A stretch of DNA of 58,285 nt, taken from positions 1 through 58,285 of IMG/VR virus record IMGVR_UViG_3300021961_000113. One strand, given 5' to 3'. This DNA comes from a virus. Lineage: Duplodnaviria > Caudoviricetes. Every line of letters begins with the position of its first letter. Positions within the stretch are counted from its first letter, which is position 1. Below, in pieces: positions 57,953 to 58,285 of the stretch. The notes under the pieces are model-generated. The model had not been told where the DNA came from, did not search any database, and saw only the letters and a list, made by a program, of their open reading frames with translations. A program made the translations under genes and the position numbers.

Positions 57953-58285
57953 GGTCTACCTCTATAACGTCGGAAAAGCTGCTGTTGGTGGAGTGAAGTT
58001 GGCTGTGTAGCGAGCGTAGCCTTTGGTGACACGGAAGTCTTGGATGTAGCCATAAAACGGATTTATTGGTGTTGTGTCAAAACTTGCGCCAATTCTTGGA
58101 ACTGTTCTGCTAATGTAAGTGTTTGAATCAGTGTATGTACTACCTACTTGCGTACCATCAACAAACATTTTTGTACTCGTTCCGCTTCTTGCAACGGCAA
58201 TGTGATACCAAGTATTTATGCTTAACGCTGATGCCCCTTGAATTCTACTGGCCCCATTAAGCCACCATGTAGGCTTACCACTATT
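57864..58285. repeat. Copy 2 of the 422 bp repeat (copy 1 at 692..1113)
   Basis: Manual alignment. Confidence 0.92.
57962..58285 (-). CDS. C-terminal part of the LamG tail fibre (partial, allele B)
   Basis: Near-identical to the end of 790..2823; frame runs off the right end. Confidence 0.85.
   Translation of the reverse strand, partial: NSGKPTWWLNGASRIQGASALSINTWYHIAVARSGTSTKMFVDGTQVGSTYTDSNTYISRTVPRIGASFDTTPINPFYGYIQDFRVTKGYARYTANFTPPTAAFPTL

Noticed and set aside
57864-58285. True direct terminal repeat
   Set aside because: The matching copy is internal (692-1113) and partly diverged; the exact 127 bp match points to an assembly overlap.

Overview
The window is an essentially complete tailed-phage genome of about 57 kb. 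It has a podovirus-like virion module (TerS/TerL, portal, GroES, scaffold, Mu-gpT-like HK97-fold capsid, adaptor/nozzle, ejection proteins, SLT, tail fibres, GH24 lysozyme plus holins) and a lambdoid-type early/replication module (Cro-like HTH, DUF1376 initiator with internal iterons, DnaB-like helicase, RusA, Ref-like nuclease, SSB-like protein, PD-(D/E)XK nuclease). I saw no integrase, CI repressor, DNA polymerase, tRNA or CRISPR. A proteobacterial, possibly freshwater betaproteobacterial, host is only an inference. The last 127 bp match 987-1113 exactly, so the contig probably closes into a 57,172 bp circle, with 1-986 as an alternative tail-fibre allele. The best candidate for an undescribed system is a di-glycine tag, [MYFLKH]-[AKQ]-x-G-G, present in about 25 copies. 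It sits at the domain boundaries of two giant polyvalent proteins encoded between terL and portal (two ADP-ribosyltransferase-like domains, an HhH-GPD glycosylase-like domain, LPD23/metallopeptidase, unknown domains). It also makes up most of a small basic head-operon protein and precedes a tape-measure-type '[11 protein letters not shown]' domain in an ejection protein. This suggests polyprotein processing or capsid loading of cargo. A second notable layer is a repeated early-gene cassette: promoter, covarying 5' hairpin, GAGAAA plus SD, ORF, then a C(UUCG)G hairpin. All family assignments come from motif recognition by eye, not from searches.
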